64,000 nucleotides of DNA from Monocercomonoides exilis PA203 (lineage: Eukaryota > Protista > Preaxostyla). The DNA lies in assembly GCA_001643675.2 (NCBI GenBank), contig LSRY02000004.1, positions 868,001 to 932,000 on the forward strand, given 5' to 3'. Made by a program: the position numbers and the translations under genes. Shown here piece by piece: positions 34,181-46,400 of this stretch (the first letter of the stretch is position 1; each line of letters opens with the position of its first letter). The notes beneath the pieces were generated by a model that saw only the letters and a program-made list of their open reading frames with translations, did not search any database and had not been told where the DNA came from.

Positions 34181-37100
34181 TCACACATTTTCGTTAATAT
34201 GTGGCAATTTCGAACTTTTCCCTGATTCTTGCTTCATCAAATAATTTTTTGGTCTTCCAATAGAAGATTGCGTACGATTTGAAGCAGAAGGAGCAGACAA
34301 AGAAGAGGGCGGATGCGATGCCATTTGCTTGCGCGCTTGCATGCGTTGATGCGTTCGCTGCGCTTGGATATTATATGCAGCTCTTGCTGGCGTTGCCGTG
34401 GTAAGAGAGAAAGATTTATTTGCAGATTGTACTTCAGAGACAGTCTCAGAAAATGGTGACAGACGTGTCGGAGAAAATGTTTGACGAAAAACTGAAGGAG
34501 AGGCTTTCATTTTCTCTTTCAGCTGCTGCCAATCCAGCGTTAAAGAATCAAATTCTTTCATAAGTTTTTGAGTTTGTGGATGACCTTCTGTTTCTTCCAA
34601 TGTTTCCTCACTTTGCATTTTCACTGAATCTTTTGGCTTTTCAATACTTGCATCTTGCACATTTTCTTTAACATTCGAATTGTCTCTCTTCATTTTTTCA
34701 TCAATTGGTTGCTGAAACTGAGCTTCATTTTGAGGATGAGCTATGGCCAAAGATGAAGAAGCTGATGGAGTTACTGTTTTGCTGCGATCCAAAGCTTTTT
34801 GAAGAGATGAATCCGTTTTTAAATCAACAGGTCCTGCTTCTTCAAGAGGCTTCCGTTCTGAAATAGTGGATGGCTGAAAGCTCTTTTCTTCTTCAGAAGA
34901 AAGTGATGGTTTCGACTCTTCTGGCAACACATTCATCAAAATCCCTTCTTTGTTCGATTCTAATTGAATACTTCCAATTGAAGACATTGCCCTTTTTGCA
35001 TTTCCAGCATTCTCAAGTGGTTTTTGGGAGAAAGCTTTTATTGTACCATTATTCTTTCCATTCTGTCCCATGCTATCGTTGTGTGAAAAACCTCCTCTGG
35101 TACTTGAATTTTTCTGCAAAGCATTATCTGCATGCATCTTTGGCATTGAAAGTGTCTTTATTCTCTTTCTCCATTTTCTTTGCTCTTCTTTCATTTTTGC
35201 TTCGTTCTCTTTCTTTCTTTCTTCTTCTTCAATCGTTACTGAGCTCCAGGTATCAGGCTGCAACTGAAATCTCACTCGCTGTTGAGAGCTTGTCAAAATC
35301 GGTGAAGGACTAAGACGAGAGTCTGTTTGAGATAAATTGGATCTTTTATTTGATCTTTCACTGCTGCGATCATCTGCTCCTTGCATTGTGTTGATCTCGC
35401 TTGAGTCTTGCTCAAAACTCTGATGTGAATGATTATTAAGATCTGGTGTTGAACCTCGCGATGGAGAGAAACGAGAAGAAGATTTAGTTGATGGATCAAG
35501 TTCATTAGACATCCGTGGTGGTGATTGGCGAAATCCAACTCCGTCATAATCAGCCGAGGTTAACTTTCTATTCAGAAATATCTGCTCATTCAATTCATTT
35601 TCTCTTTCTCTTTCTCTTCTGTTCTCTTCTGCTATTCTTTGCTCTCTTTCTGCATTTTCCCTTGCCGCTTCAGCTTCCTTTCTCATCCTTTCCTCTTCTT
35701 CATATTGCCTCCTCATTTTTTCCTTTTCTCTTTCTTCTTCTTCTTTTCTATTCCTTTCTTTCTCTTCTGCTTCTTGTCTTCTTCTTTCCTTTTCTTGAGC
35801 TCTCCTTTCTTCTTCAATAATTCTTTTTTTTTCTTCCTCTTCTCGTCGTCTTCTTCTCTCTTCTCTTCTTTGCCTTCTTGCTTCTTCCCTTGCCAAATAT
35901 TGTTCTTCCAGTAATCTTTTTCTCTCTTCCTCTTCTTTTGCTCTCCTTTCTTCTTCTTCTGCTTCTTCTTCAAGTCGTCTTTGTTCCTCTTCTTCTCTTT
36001 TCATTCGCTCTCTCTCCTCTTCTTCTCTTCTCTTCTGCCTTATCATTTCTAATCTTTGCTCTTCTTTTTTTCTCAGAAGTTGTTGTCTAATTAATTCATC
36101 AGCCTCCCTTTGTCTTTCTGCTGCTGCTTCATTCATTTCCTTTTCTCTTTGTAGTTTCGCTCGCAGTTCGTCCATCATTCTCCATCTTTCCATTATTGAA
36201 TTATATTCATCTTCAACAGTTGGCTTCGAAGAAAAGCTGCTTGCTTGATATTTTTCATCTTTCAGAGATGAATGAATTGCTTTTGAATTTTTTTCGATTT
36301 CTCTTTTTTCAAATGGATGCGAATAGGATGAATTTGTTCTTTGTTTTTGCTTGGGAAATTGTGCTATTTCTTTTGCATCGTCAAACATTCTTTCTCTATT
36401 TTCAGAATTTCTTTCATTTTGCAGAAAGATCTGAGGAACATTTCCTTTCTCTTTCTCTGTCTCTCGCCTGGATAAATGCGGTTCGACACCTGTCTCTATT
36501 CTCTCTTTTAGATTAAGCTTAAGATTATCTCTTTCTTGTGCTTCTCTCCACAAGGAGTCATGCAGCGATATCATGGATTCAGACATATTTGCAACTTTTT
36601 CTCCGTCAGTCATTTCTCTAAGCAAGCGAATCTCATTTTTCAGCTTCTGAAATTCGGCTTCATAGTATTTTGAATCAGTTTCGTTGTTTTTAACATTTTC
36701 ATCTTTTGATTCCTTTAATAGCCTTTCCTTTTCTATTTGAAGTCGTTGTATTTCTTCTTTCAAACATTGGATCTGCTCCTGCTTCGTCCTTTCCCTGGAT
36801 TTAATTGCGCACACAGTCATCATTTCTTCATGAAGTTGTGTGATTAGCTGTGCTCCATTCACAACGCGTGAAGAAATAACTGAGCTCTGACTTTCTTTGT
36901 TCTCAGATTGTCTCATTTCCCTAACTTCGCTTTCCTTTCCTTTTCTTTCTAATTTTTTATCATTTTCATTTTCATCTTCATTTCTGTCTGTTTGTAGTTC
37001 TGTTTGAGCTTTCCATTCTTTTTCTCCAACTGATATTCTGAGCAAATTCATCAAATAATCTGACATTCTCCATGCAAATTCCTTGTTTGCCGAAGTTAGC

Positions 37101-40100
37101 ATCGATTCTTTTTCATTCTCTGCAGTTTCTAATGCGGATTTCTTTTCGGACAACGTAGTGTATTGTGAATACAACTGCTTCCAATGATTAATCTGAGAAG
37201 AGAGAATTCCAGATAAATAAGTTGAAACGTGATAGCTGTGAAGAATCGAATCTAATTCTTTCATTGAATTTTTTTGTTTTGGCAAAATTGAAGAAGTCGC
37301 TGGTGATAAAGCATTAAAAGCAGTAAATCCACATTCGTTCTTTTCTCCGAAACGAGAATTTGATCCTTTGCTGGTTAATTCTGAAGAAGAAGAAGAAGAA
37401 GAAGAAGTAACATTAGGATTTATTGAATGCGGAGTAATGTCTCCGTTTGCTTGCATGTATCGCTCTGAAACATCCTTAAGGAAAGCTATGTCTTCATTCT
37501 CCAACGATGTCAATTCCTTCATCTGCTGAATCATGCTTGTCAATTCTTTGAGTTCATTTTGTTTTCTTTCTTTGATGATACGCTCCTCTTCTTTGTCCTC
37601 ATTGCTTTCTGAAGAGCCGGGCTTTGAATAATTCTCATCAGAATTTTGGCTGTCTTCCATTGGGTTGATAGCACCATCGTCATCATTTTTCTCTTTGCGG
37701 CTGCTGTTTATCTGATTTATACTTTGTTCTTTTGCTTCGAGTTGACCGACTCGCCAGAAAGAATCAGGCTTTATGTTATACACTTTTAAAAGCTGCTTTA
37801 ATCTGTCATTTTCTTTCGCTGCGGCATTTGCATCTGACTTATATTTTTCAAATAAACCGTCAAGTTCTTTCTCCTTCATCTCAAAGTTTATCTGCTTTTC
37901 TTTTTCTTCTTTTGCGCGTTCTTTTATTTGCTTTTTGTGTTCGTCATCATTGTTTATCTTCCCAATTAGGGCTAATCCATCATTTGCTGCTGGATCAAAA
38001 AGAAGAAGTGTTTGGTTTGCCTGCTCCAGCTGCCGCATTGACATTGCAAGGTGCATACGCTCTTCCACAGGATCAGCAGCAACAATAGGCTGCGAAGGGA
38101 AAGAAGGAAAATGTTGAATATGAGGATTTGCCAGAGAAGCGAGCGTAGGAAGTTGATTGCGATATGGATGAGAAGACTGAATTTGATCGAATTGGTAATG
38201 TTGATAAGGGAATTGAGTGCTGGAAGACTTTGAGTCAAAAGAAGGATCAGTCTGTTGTTGCACAAGAAAAGCAATTGCGTTATGAGCAGAAGTCGCAATT
38301 GAATAGATACGTTGAACAACTTTTAACTTTGACCAATTTTCTTCTAAATCTTCATCATTTGTATGAAAACTGTCTTTTAAGCGTCTGTCTCGTAAAGAAA
38401 TTCTGGAAGATTTATTCATCTGTTTGCTTCGCTTATCTCCATACTTTTCATCAGGCTCTTCCATTTGATCGACTCTTGGCTTCCATTTCACTCTTTTCGT
38501 ATTCGCTTCTCTCAGTTTTTCATACAAAATCACATCTCTCAGCGCTTCTTTCTTTCCTTCTTCTTTCGCTAACATCTCCTTCATCCGGCGGATCTCCTCT
38601 TCTTTCCTCACTTTCGCTTCTTCTTCCAATTCCGCCCGTCTCACATCGCTTTCTCTCTCTCTCATTTGCATCGATGTCAGATGCCGTTCAACAAACGGGT
38701 CAGCTTTTTCTGTGTGAGAATGAGCCTTTGAAAGAAGGGCTGTCAAAAGCTGGGCTTCTGGTGTGAATGCAGACGATTGCTGTGGCTGAGGAAACGGTTG
38801 GGTGATAATTGGTATGACAAGCGGCGATGTTAAAGGAAGTCCAGGCGATATTGAAGAAGGAGGCGTCTGCGAACTTGTGGGAATTTGAGTATTTTGTGTT
38901 TTGCCTTTTTGCTGCTCTTGTTGTTTTTGCTGTTGTTGGAACTGATCCAACTTCAAAAGCAAATCTTTTTTCATTTTTTCGTTTTCTTCTTCAGCAGCAA
39001 TCCTTTTCTTTCTTTCTTCTGTTTCGTTTTGTTCTGCCCGTTTTTCTTTTTCTTTTAATATATCGAGCTTCATTTGATTTCTTTCCTTTTCCAATTCCAC
39101 TCTTTCTCTTTCTCTTTTTCTTGCATTCATTTCTTCTCCTTTCCTTAGCCGCCTCTCCCATTGCTCCAACATTTCACCTCTCCCAGAAAGCGGTCTATCC
39201 TCATTTCTAACTTGCTGAAGGCTATTTATATCTGTAAATGATGAATCGAACCGATTTATCTCGTTTTGCCTTTGCCGATAAAGAGCATCATCTGCATACA
39301 CTCCATCAGAACCCCAACTATTTTGGCTATATGGATCATACCCGCTATTTACTTCCCTTTCAGCATTGTCTTTTGCAAACCTGCTTCTGCGTTTGTACTG
39401 AATAGGCTTTGGAGGAGGTGGAGGCTCTGGCGGATTCAATGGAATTGCCTGATCCAGATCTCTCAAATTGAGCGTTCGAAGTACTTGAGGTGAAGTGCCA
39501 ATTCCAGAAGAACTTTTCCCTGCAGGTGATGTTTGAGATTGGAACTGCTCTGAAGTTGATGGAAAAGGGAATGATGATCGCATTGTTGACATTAAAGGAG
39601 AAGAAGAAGATGAAGGATCTGAAGATGAACGCCTTGCATCGAAACGAAAAGCGCCACTCTGTTCAGAAGGAGAAAAATCTGGCATAGACATTATTGTTGA
39701 TCCTCTTTTCCCTCCAACTCCTTCGCTTGCTTCAAAATTGCGCCCATATCTAATTTGCCCTGAAAGTGAATTTCTTGCATTTTGCTCTGCCATCTGTGCA
39801 CTGCTCATTCCTGCAACTGGAAGACTGGAAGGGTCCATTTCTAGCCAATGCCTTGGCCTTTCAGAATTCGCATTTGGCTTTCCTGAAGATGAAGCTTTTG
39901 CATTTAACATTTTTGCTATTTCAGGTTTTGTTCTAGCAATTGCTTTGGGATTTGTAAATTCAAACTTAAACGATGCAATATCCAATCCAAATCTTATATT
40001 ATCTCCTTGCTCAAGTGAATGCTTTTCAGAACTTATTCGCTCTCCATTCACATAACTTCCATTTCGAGAATTGTTATCATAAAGTTCACATCTCTCACCA

Positions 40101-40264
40101 TTTTCACCAATAAATCTTAATGTTGCGTGCTTTTTTGATATGCCCTTAGAATTTAAAACAATGTCGCATGACTGGTCTCTTCCAATATCGATTGTATCTG
40201 TTTCTAATTGGTAAACATGATTATGCCCAATTAATCGTCCATAAATATGAGTTCTTTGCGACAT
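34181..40264 (-). CDS. FHA-domain, long coiled-coil protein (2,027 aa)
   Basis: N-terminal FHA motifs IGRDQSCDIVL, ISKKHA, D.NSRNGSYVNG and L.QGD.IRFG, followed by E/K/R-rich heptad regions. Confidence 0.88.
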   Translation of the reverse strand: MSQRTHIYGRLIGHNHVYQLETDTIDIGRDQSCDIVLNSKGISKKHATLRFIGENGERCELYDNNSRNGSYVNGERISSEKHSLEQGDNIRFGLDIASFKFEFTNPKAIARTKPEIAKMLNAKASSSGKPNANSERPRHWLEMDPSSLPVAGMSSAQMAEQNARNSLSGQIRYGRNFEASEGVGGKRGSTIMSMPDFSPSEQSGAFRFDARRSSSDPSSSSSPLMSTMRSSFPFPSTSEQFQSQTSPAGKSSSGIGTSPQVLRTLNLRDLDQAIPLNPPEPPPPPKPIQYKRRSRFAKDNAEREVNSGYDPYSQNSWGSDGVYADDALYRQRQNEINRFDSSFTDINSLQQVRNEDRPLSGRGEMLEQWERRLRKGEEMNARKRERERVELEKERNQMKLDILKEKEKRAEQNETEERKKRIAAEEENEKMKKDLLLKLDQFQQQQKQQEQQKGKTQNTQIPTSSQTPPSSISPGLPLTSPLVIPIITQPFPQPQQSSAFTPEAQLLTALLSKAHSHTEKADPFVERHLTSMQMRERESDVRRAELEEEAKVRKEEEIRRMKEMLAKEEGKKEALRDVILYEKLREANTKRVKWKPRVDQMEEPDEKYGDKRSKQMNKSSRISLRDRRLKDSFHTNDEDLEENWSKLKVVQRIYSIATSAHNAIAFLVQQQTDPSFDSKSSSTQFPYQHYQFDQIQSSHPYRNQLPTLASLANPHIQHFPSFPSQPIVAADPVEERMHLAMSMRQLEQANQTLLLFDPAANDGLALIGKINNDDEHKKQIKERAKEEKEKQINFEMKEKELDGLFEKYKSDANAAAKENDRLKQLLKVYNIKPDSFWRVGQLEAKEQSINQINSSRKEKNDDDGAINPMEDSQNSDENYSKPGSSESNEDKEEERIIKERKQNELKELTSMIQQMKELTSLENEDIAFLKDVSERYMQANGDITPHSINPNVTSSSSSSSSELTSKGSNSRFGEKNECGFTAFNALSPATSSILPKQKNSMKELDSILHSYHVSTYLSGILSSQINHWKQLYSQYTTLSEKKSALETAENEKESMLTSANKEFAWRMSDYLMNLLRISVGEKEWKAQTELQTDRNEDENENDKKLERKGKESEVREMRQSENKESQSSVISSRVVNGAQLITQLHEEMMTVCAIKSRERTKQEQIQCLKEEIQRLQIEKERLLKESKDENVKNNETDSKYYEAEFQKLKNEIRLLREMTDGEKVANMSESMISLHDSLWREAQERDNLKLNLKERIETGVEPHLSRRETEKEKGNVPQIFLQNERNSENRERMFDDAKEIAQFPKQKQRTNSSYSHPFEKREIEKNSKAIHSSLKDEKYQASSFSSKPTVEDEYNSIMERWRMMDELRAKLQREKEMNEAAAERQREADELIRQQLLRKKEEQRLEMIRQKRREEEERERMKREEEEQRRLEEEAEEEERRAKEEEERKRLLEEQYLAREEARRQRREERRRRREEEEKKRIIEEERRAQEKERRRQEAEEKERNRKEEEEREKEKMRRQYEEEERMRKEAEAARENAEREQRIAEENRRERERENELNEQIFLNRKLTSADYDGVGFRQSPPRMSNELDPSTKSSSRFSPSRGSTPDLNNHSHQSFEQDSSEINTMQGADDRSSERSNKRSNLSQTDSRLSPSPILTSSQQRVRFQLQPDTWSSVTIEEEERKKENEAKMKEEQRKWRKRIKTLSMPKMHADNALQKNSSTRGGFSHNDSMGQNGKNNGTIKAFSQKPLENAGNAKRAMSSIGSIQLESNKEGILMNVLPEESKPSLSSEEEKSFQPSTISERKPLEEAGPVDLKTDSSLQKALDRSKTVTPSASSSLAIAHPQNEAQFQQPIDEKMKRDNSNVKENVQDASIEKPKDSVKMQSEETLEETEGHPQTQKLMKEFDSLTLDWQQLKEKMKASPSVFRQTFSPTRLSPFSETVSEVQSANKSFSLTTATPARAAYNIQAQRTHQRMQARKQMASHPPSSLSAPSASNRTQSSIGRPKNYLMKQESGKSSKLPHINENV

Positions 40265-40467
40265 TTATCTTTATCAAAATATTAATTTTGAAATATACAA
40301 TGTTTTTATAACTATTTTGTTTATCAGTTTTTTATTTGTCAATTATTTAAAATTCAATTTTAATTCATGTCCCATACACAACTTTATTTCGTATTTATTC
40401 CTCAAGTTACTGGTCAGGATCAGGCAAGCTAACCGTTATCATTTTTTGTGATAACCAAAACGCAAAA

Positions 40468-43400
40468 ATGAACAGAATATTATTTGAGCACCCAATGATG
40501 AAGTCTTTCAATCAAAGATTGCAGGATACGGCCTTTTCTTACGGTTTTAATGCATTAATAATTTATTTGATTGTTTTTCATTTACTCGCTTTGTTATTCA
40601 TTAAGCTTTTATAAACACCTTTCGAGACATTTACAAAGAACTTCTTGATCCCGAAATATATGCTCAATTCGATTGTTTGAAGCAATAGTTCAATTATTTT
40701 TTCATTTTAAATTTTTCTTTTAGCCGCTCTTCCACCTCAATACAGATCACGTCATTCTCATGAATTCGGCATAAATATTATTTTCCTTATGTACGAAATA
40801 TTTTTTCCGTTCAGTTCACTTTTTTCATCAATGAATTTATTTTTTTTCCAAGACTCGGAGAACTTTTCTTTTCAACAAGATTAGACAGACATAGGCCGAC
40901 AGAAAGACTTTACAATCAAAGTTTTTATTATTAATATTATGTTTTGCTTTTCTTTAATTTTTATTTAACAATCATTAGCAATACTTCATGATTTATTGAA
41001 TCATGTTCCTCATTATACGGTTGCTGCATTTTTTGGGGTTTGCTGACATTCTTTATTTCTCTTTCTAACACTCTTTATAAACGCTATTTGCAAAATTAAC
41101 GTTTTCGATAATAAGGTTGTAAACCAAGCCTTACACCCAGGTGAAAATGCATTGTTATCATCAGTTTATATTTTGACTTTTGCTGCCAATACTATGTTTT
41201 TACCTCAACATAGTCACATGGATGGTGTTGGGAAAAGTGGAGGGCAGATGAGACACAGAGGTTTTGTCGAAGGGCTTGTTCCAGCAATTGGAATAGGCTC
41301 ATCCAGCTTATCAAATGCCGTCTTATGTGATGGAAGATATCAGTGCGTCCGGTTGATGGAGCGAATGTTTGACACAACTCATCCTCTTCGGCGGATGAAA
41401 GACGAAGGAGACACGGGGCTTCTTTTTGTGCAGCTGATAAAAGACGAGAAGAAGCGTCAGAGAGAAATGATGAACTCGTCGCGAATGCTCAAAAGTGGAT
41501 CGGCAACTGAAAGAGGGCATAGAAGCGATTCTCGCACTAAAAGCTTGTCTCCGGCATCTTCTTCTCCTTCTTCTATCTCACCTGATAGAAGCAACTCAAA
41601 CAAGAAAGCAGCAGCGTCACTTGAATCAGACAAGGAGAATTCATCAACCGAAGCAAAAACAGAGGGTAAAAACGAACATTCAGGCCGCTCTGCCAGTTCT
41701 TCTTCCTCTTCTTCGCACAAGAAGAGCCGGAAGAAGCACAGCAGCCCGATCAACACGCTGGGTCCCTTTTCGGAAGTGATGTCGAAGCTGTCGCAGCTGG
41801 CAAAGCACCAAAACTCGAAGGATGAGCTGCCCGAGGATTCGAAGACGATTGCAGATGTGTGTGAGGAAGAAGCGAGGAAGGACAAAGAGTTGATTGAGAA
41901 ACTGAAGGAAGAGAAGAAAGAGCGGAAGGAGAAAGCGAGCGAGAAGAAGAAGAAGAAGCTGATAGACAAGAAGCTGAACGAAGACATCCGGTTCCACACG
42001 CTTTTCGGGAACGACTTCACAACAGAGCTGAAGACTTTGATGCTGATCGATGGAGAGAAAGAGATTATGATGTCTTTTTTCTTCGATGACACACACCAGA
42101 CATACATCGAACACTATGATGCTGAGAAGACACAGCGTCGGAAAGAAAAAGAAGAGAAGCGGAAGAAGATGCGGGCAGCGTCGTCAGCTTCCGTGGCAGC
42201 AGCAGGACAATTGCAAAAGGATGGAGCAAATGCATTACCTGGTTCACCTGCTTCGCCTTCCTCGCCTGGAATGCACGGGGTGAATGCATCAGACAGCAAG
42301 GCAATCACAGAAGAGATCCGGAAGCGGTACGGGAAAGAGCAGGCGCGGCAGCGGCTGAAGATGAAAGGGGTGAGAGGATCTAGTGACACAATGGCGCTGA
42401 ACACGTACATCATATCGCAGAGAGCAAGAAGCCGCCTGCTGCTTCCGAAGCTGCAGTCGGAGGTGTCGTATATTCCGCATCTGAATGTGTTCCATTCATC
42501 CACGAAGACACTCACACAGGAGATGGAAGACATTGCAGTGAAGACGATTTCAAACCGAAAAGAGAAAAGCATAGAGTCTTTATCGGCTGAGTCATCTTCT
42601 TCATATTCTTCCACTTCATCATCATCATCATCTTCTTCTACTTCTTCCTCTACCTCATCTTTCCCTTCAAACATTGGCGTCTCCAACCTTTCCACTCTCT
42701 GCCCTTCCATTTCCTCCACATTCCCCTCTATTTCTGTCACAGGCGCCATTGAAAACCTCTGCCGCCAGCCGCGCTGCATCCATTCTGATGGCTCAAAGGA
42801 GGCATTTTACTACCAGGCACCAGGAAAAATCACGCATAACACGCCTATCTATTACTCAGACCAGTTCATGTCGATGGTGAATCAGAGGAGCCCTGCTTCG
42901 TCGTCATTGCCCTTGCCGACAGTTTCGCCTCCTGCAGTTGTGAAAACAGGGGAGAAGAAGAATGGAAATGGAAGTTCATCATCATCATCATCATCTTCTT
43001 CTTCTTCTTCTCGCCCCACAAAGCGATGGAAAGGCCATTTGTTTGAGTCTGAATCCATCACGTTCCAGTCATGGCTCTCACAGATGGTTGATGATGCGAT
43101 CTCAGTCACTGTGCTACACGCACTGCAGAGCAAGCCTTCGCTGTGGGGCGATAAAAGCTCGAGAAGAGTGGAGAAATCAGACCAGGCGAGAAGAAAAGAC
43201 GAGGCAAGAGAAGCGAAAGATGGAAAAGACGGCAAAGAAGTTAAAGATTCGAAAGAAGTGGTGGAAAAAGAAGGGAAAGGAGGAAGAACAGGAAGCGATG
43301 GGTTGTCTGAAACAGGCACACAAAGTCCGAACAGCAGAAAGGGAGTTGCTGGAGCGATGGTGTCACCTTCATCATCCTCCTCCTCATCATCATCGAGAGG

Positions 43401-46400
43401 TGGAGGAGGATCAGGCCAGCTGCCGCTCACTGCATCATCTGCACCCACTCAATCACCCCGTGACTCCATCCCTTCTTCAACACAATCACCTCATCCTTCT
43501 TCCTTCGAAGAGGGCAAAGATGGGAAACTAAATGTTCCATTATCCCCTTATCAGCCTTTAATGTCCCTTCAGACTGTACTCTCGAACTTGTCTGTTCAAA
43601 ACAACTCATCCACCAACCTCCCCTCACTCACCCCTCAATCCCCCGATGGCACCATCTCCTTCTCCCCGCTCAACTCCCCCTCTTTCCCTACTTCCCCCAC
43701 GTCCCCTTCCTCTGACAACATATCCCAGTTCCACCGCTCAGCTTCTGTTCCTCGCACTTTGTCTCCTGTCTCCACATTCAGCTACGAGTCCTTCGTCTCT
43801 GCCTCTTCCGCCTCTGGCAGCCACCTCCGCCTGCACCCGAGCCGCCGCCAGCTTCCGCTCCAACTGCGTTCTTTTCCCTCGCTCTATCTCATCAGCCCTG
43901 CTGTACATGATGCCCTCTTAACACACACAGACTGGGCGAAAGTGATTCTGGATGATGCTCCTGCCCCCCAGGTGTATCAGCAGGCGTCGATGGCACAGGC
44001 GTTGAAGGCAGGTCTGGAGCAGTTCATGGGAGATTCGATAGCCCTGTCGATTTTGACAGCACAGGGCGATGACAGCACGTGCGATGCATCGGCTGATGAT
44101 CAGAGCTTCCACTCACCCATGGCGTCGAATAGAGACAATGTTAGTCGCACGAAGATTATGCCATTGGTACAGCAAAATCAGCAAAGTCAACAAAATCAAC
44201 AAAACCTGCAAAATCTGCCAAGTCAGTTTAGTCAGCAAAATGTACAGTCTTCTCATTCATCTGTGTCTCCAGCTTCGCCTCTTTCTCCGCTTTCTCCATC
44301 GTCTTCACGGTTTCTTCCGAATAAGACACCACGATCAACAGGAAGTGGAAGCGGAAATGTTTCTATGCAAAATCAGATAAGTTCAGGAAATAAGATGATG
44401 AGTGGTGAAGATGTTGATTCACAACAACAAGAAGATGGAAACTTAAGCACTTCAAATGATGTTGTATCTTCTTCTTCTTCTTCTTCTTCTTCTTCCGCAT
44501 CATCATCATCATCATCGTCTCCTCCCCCTCCTCCTTATTCCTCTCAATTAAGCCAATCATCCACCATTCCATTACCAGATCAATCACAAACCCAAATCCA
44601 AATCCAATCACAATCTCAATCACAATCACAATCTCCTTCTCAATCTCCTTCTCAATCACAATCACAACCCGCTCCTCCACTCCGCCAAGCCATCTCCAAT
44701 CTCCAGCTGATGTCGATTTCCATGCCTTATTCCTCAGACAACACACAAAAACACCAAATCCGAGGCAATTCGTCGCCCAGCCTCAGAAACGGACCTTTTT
44801 CTATGGGGCTTCAGCCGGAAAATGCTCCGACCCCTCTTTCTCCTGTGATCACTCATCAGCAACTGCCGTCTCCTGCTCCTCTTCCTCTTCTTCCTTCTCT
44901 TCCTCCTTCTCTTCCTCCTTCTCTTCCGCTTGCACAGCAAGGAATGAGTCAAGGGAAGCAGTCATCTGAGGATGTTGATGAAGCCGATCATGTTTCTCCT
45001 TCATTTAATGAAGAACACGAAAGAGAAAAAAGAGAAGGAGAAGGAGAAGGCGAAAGAGAAAGAGAAAGAGAAAGAGAGAAAGAAGGAGATGAACAAGATG
45101 ATCAACATACACCTCCACCACAACAACATCATCATCAGAAGATAAACCTTCTTAACTTACCTACTTCTGATGAAATGACTTCACTTCATCATTCACGTTC
45201 ACCATCACACGCATCACACGAAAACTTACCCACTTCACATGATCCTTCATCATCATCTTCTTCTTCCTCTTCCTCTTCCTCTTCCTCCTCCTCCTCCTCT
45301 TCTTCTTCTTCTTCTTCTTCTTCTTCTGCAATTCACAGCGCTCGCAAACACTACTCCATCCTCCCGCCGCCTATGCTCCGCCAGAACCAAGCCGCTTCTT
45401 TATTCACTCCAATGCAACCTTCTCCTTTCAAACCTTCTCCTACTCCTTCCTTCTCTTCTTCTTCTTCTTCTTCCTCCTCCTCCTCTTCTTCTTCTTCTCA
45501 TTTCCCCTCTGGATCTGCTTGCCCCACCCCTCCCTTTTCTCCATCATCTGCCCATCTCAACAGTCTCATCTCTTCACACAAGCAACTCGGCAAACGCATC
45601 TTCACCGCCCTTTCTCTCTCAACAAACAAACAAGCCAGGTTCTTCATGCAGCTTACCACTATTCAAAAAGTCATTGCTTTGACTTCTTTGAAATCGCTAT
45701 CCAGAAATCGCATTTCGGTGGTTCCGCGCCCTCTTCCTTCTCCTCCTGTGTCAAATCCAACCAGCCAAATATCACTGCAGAAGGTTGAAACACACAGTCA
45801 AGCGAATAATCAAAATTATCATCCATCGTCTTCTTCTTCTTCTTCTTCTTCTTCTGGTGTGGTTGTTGCACAAGGAAAATTGGATGATGAGAACCAATCA
45901 ATCGATGAGAAAAGCCTACACCCAATTGGCTTTGCAGCACTTGTCCCTCCTCTCGTTGCTTCGAATGCTTCTGCTTTTACTGCTTCTTCTTCCTCTTCCT
46001 CTTCTTCAACCTCTTCTTCTTCTTCACCAACACCCACTCAATCACCCCAGACAAGGCCTCCAATGCCTCCCCTGGGGCGTATACATGAAAGACAGGCTTC
46101 GAACTCCAATCAAATACCTTCCATTCTATCCCCTCACAACGACGAAGACCCACTCAATGAAATGATGCAACTCCCGAATTTTTCTATGTATGCTCCGAAT
46201 TCTTCTTCTTCTCCTTCTTCTGTTAATAATTCAACTATTTCCAATGCTCATTCAGCCAATTTTTCGTCAAACTCTCATTTGCCCTTCAATTCCCTCACCC
46301 ACTCCACATCCACTAATGTCCTACCAACACAAAAGAATCAATCACATTCAGAAAATAACAATAACAATAATACTTCACAGCCCCACCTTCACCCCGCACC

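Noticed and set aside
40367-40475. Extra 5' exon with a GC-AG intron (CAG|GCAAGC) for the giant gene
   Set aside because: Splicing to the nearest acceptor leads to an almost immediate stop from ATG 40367; the in-frame ATG at 40468 is sufficient.
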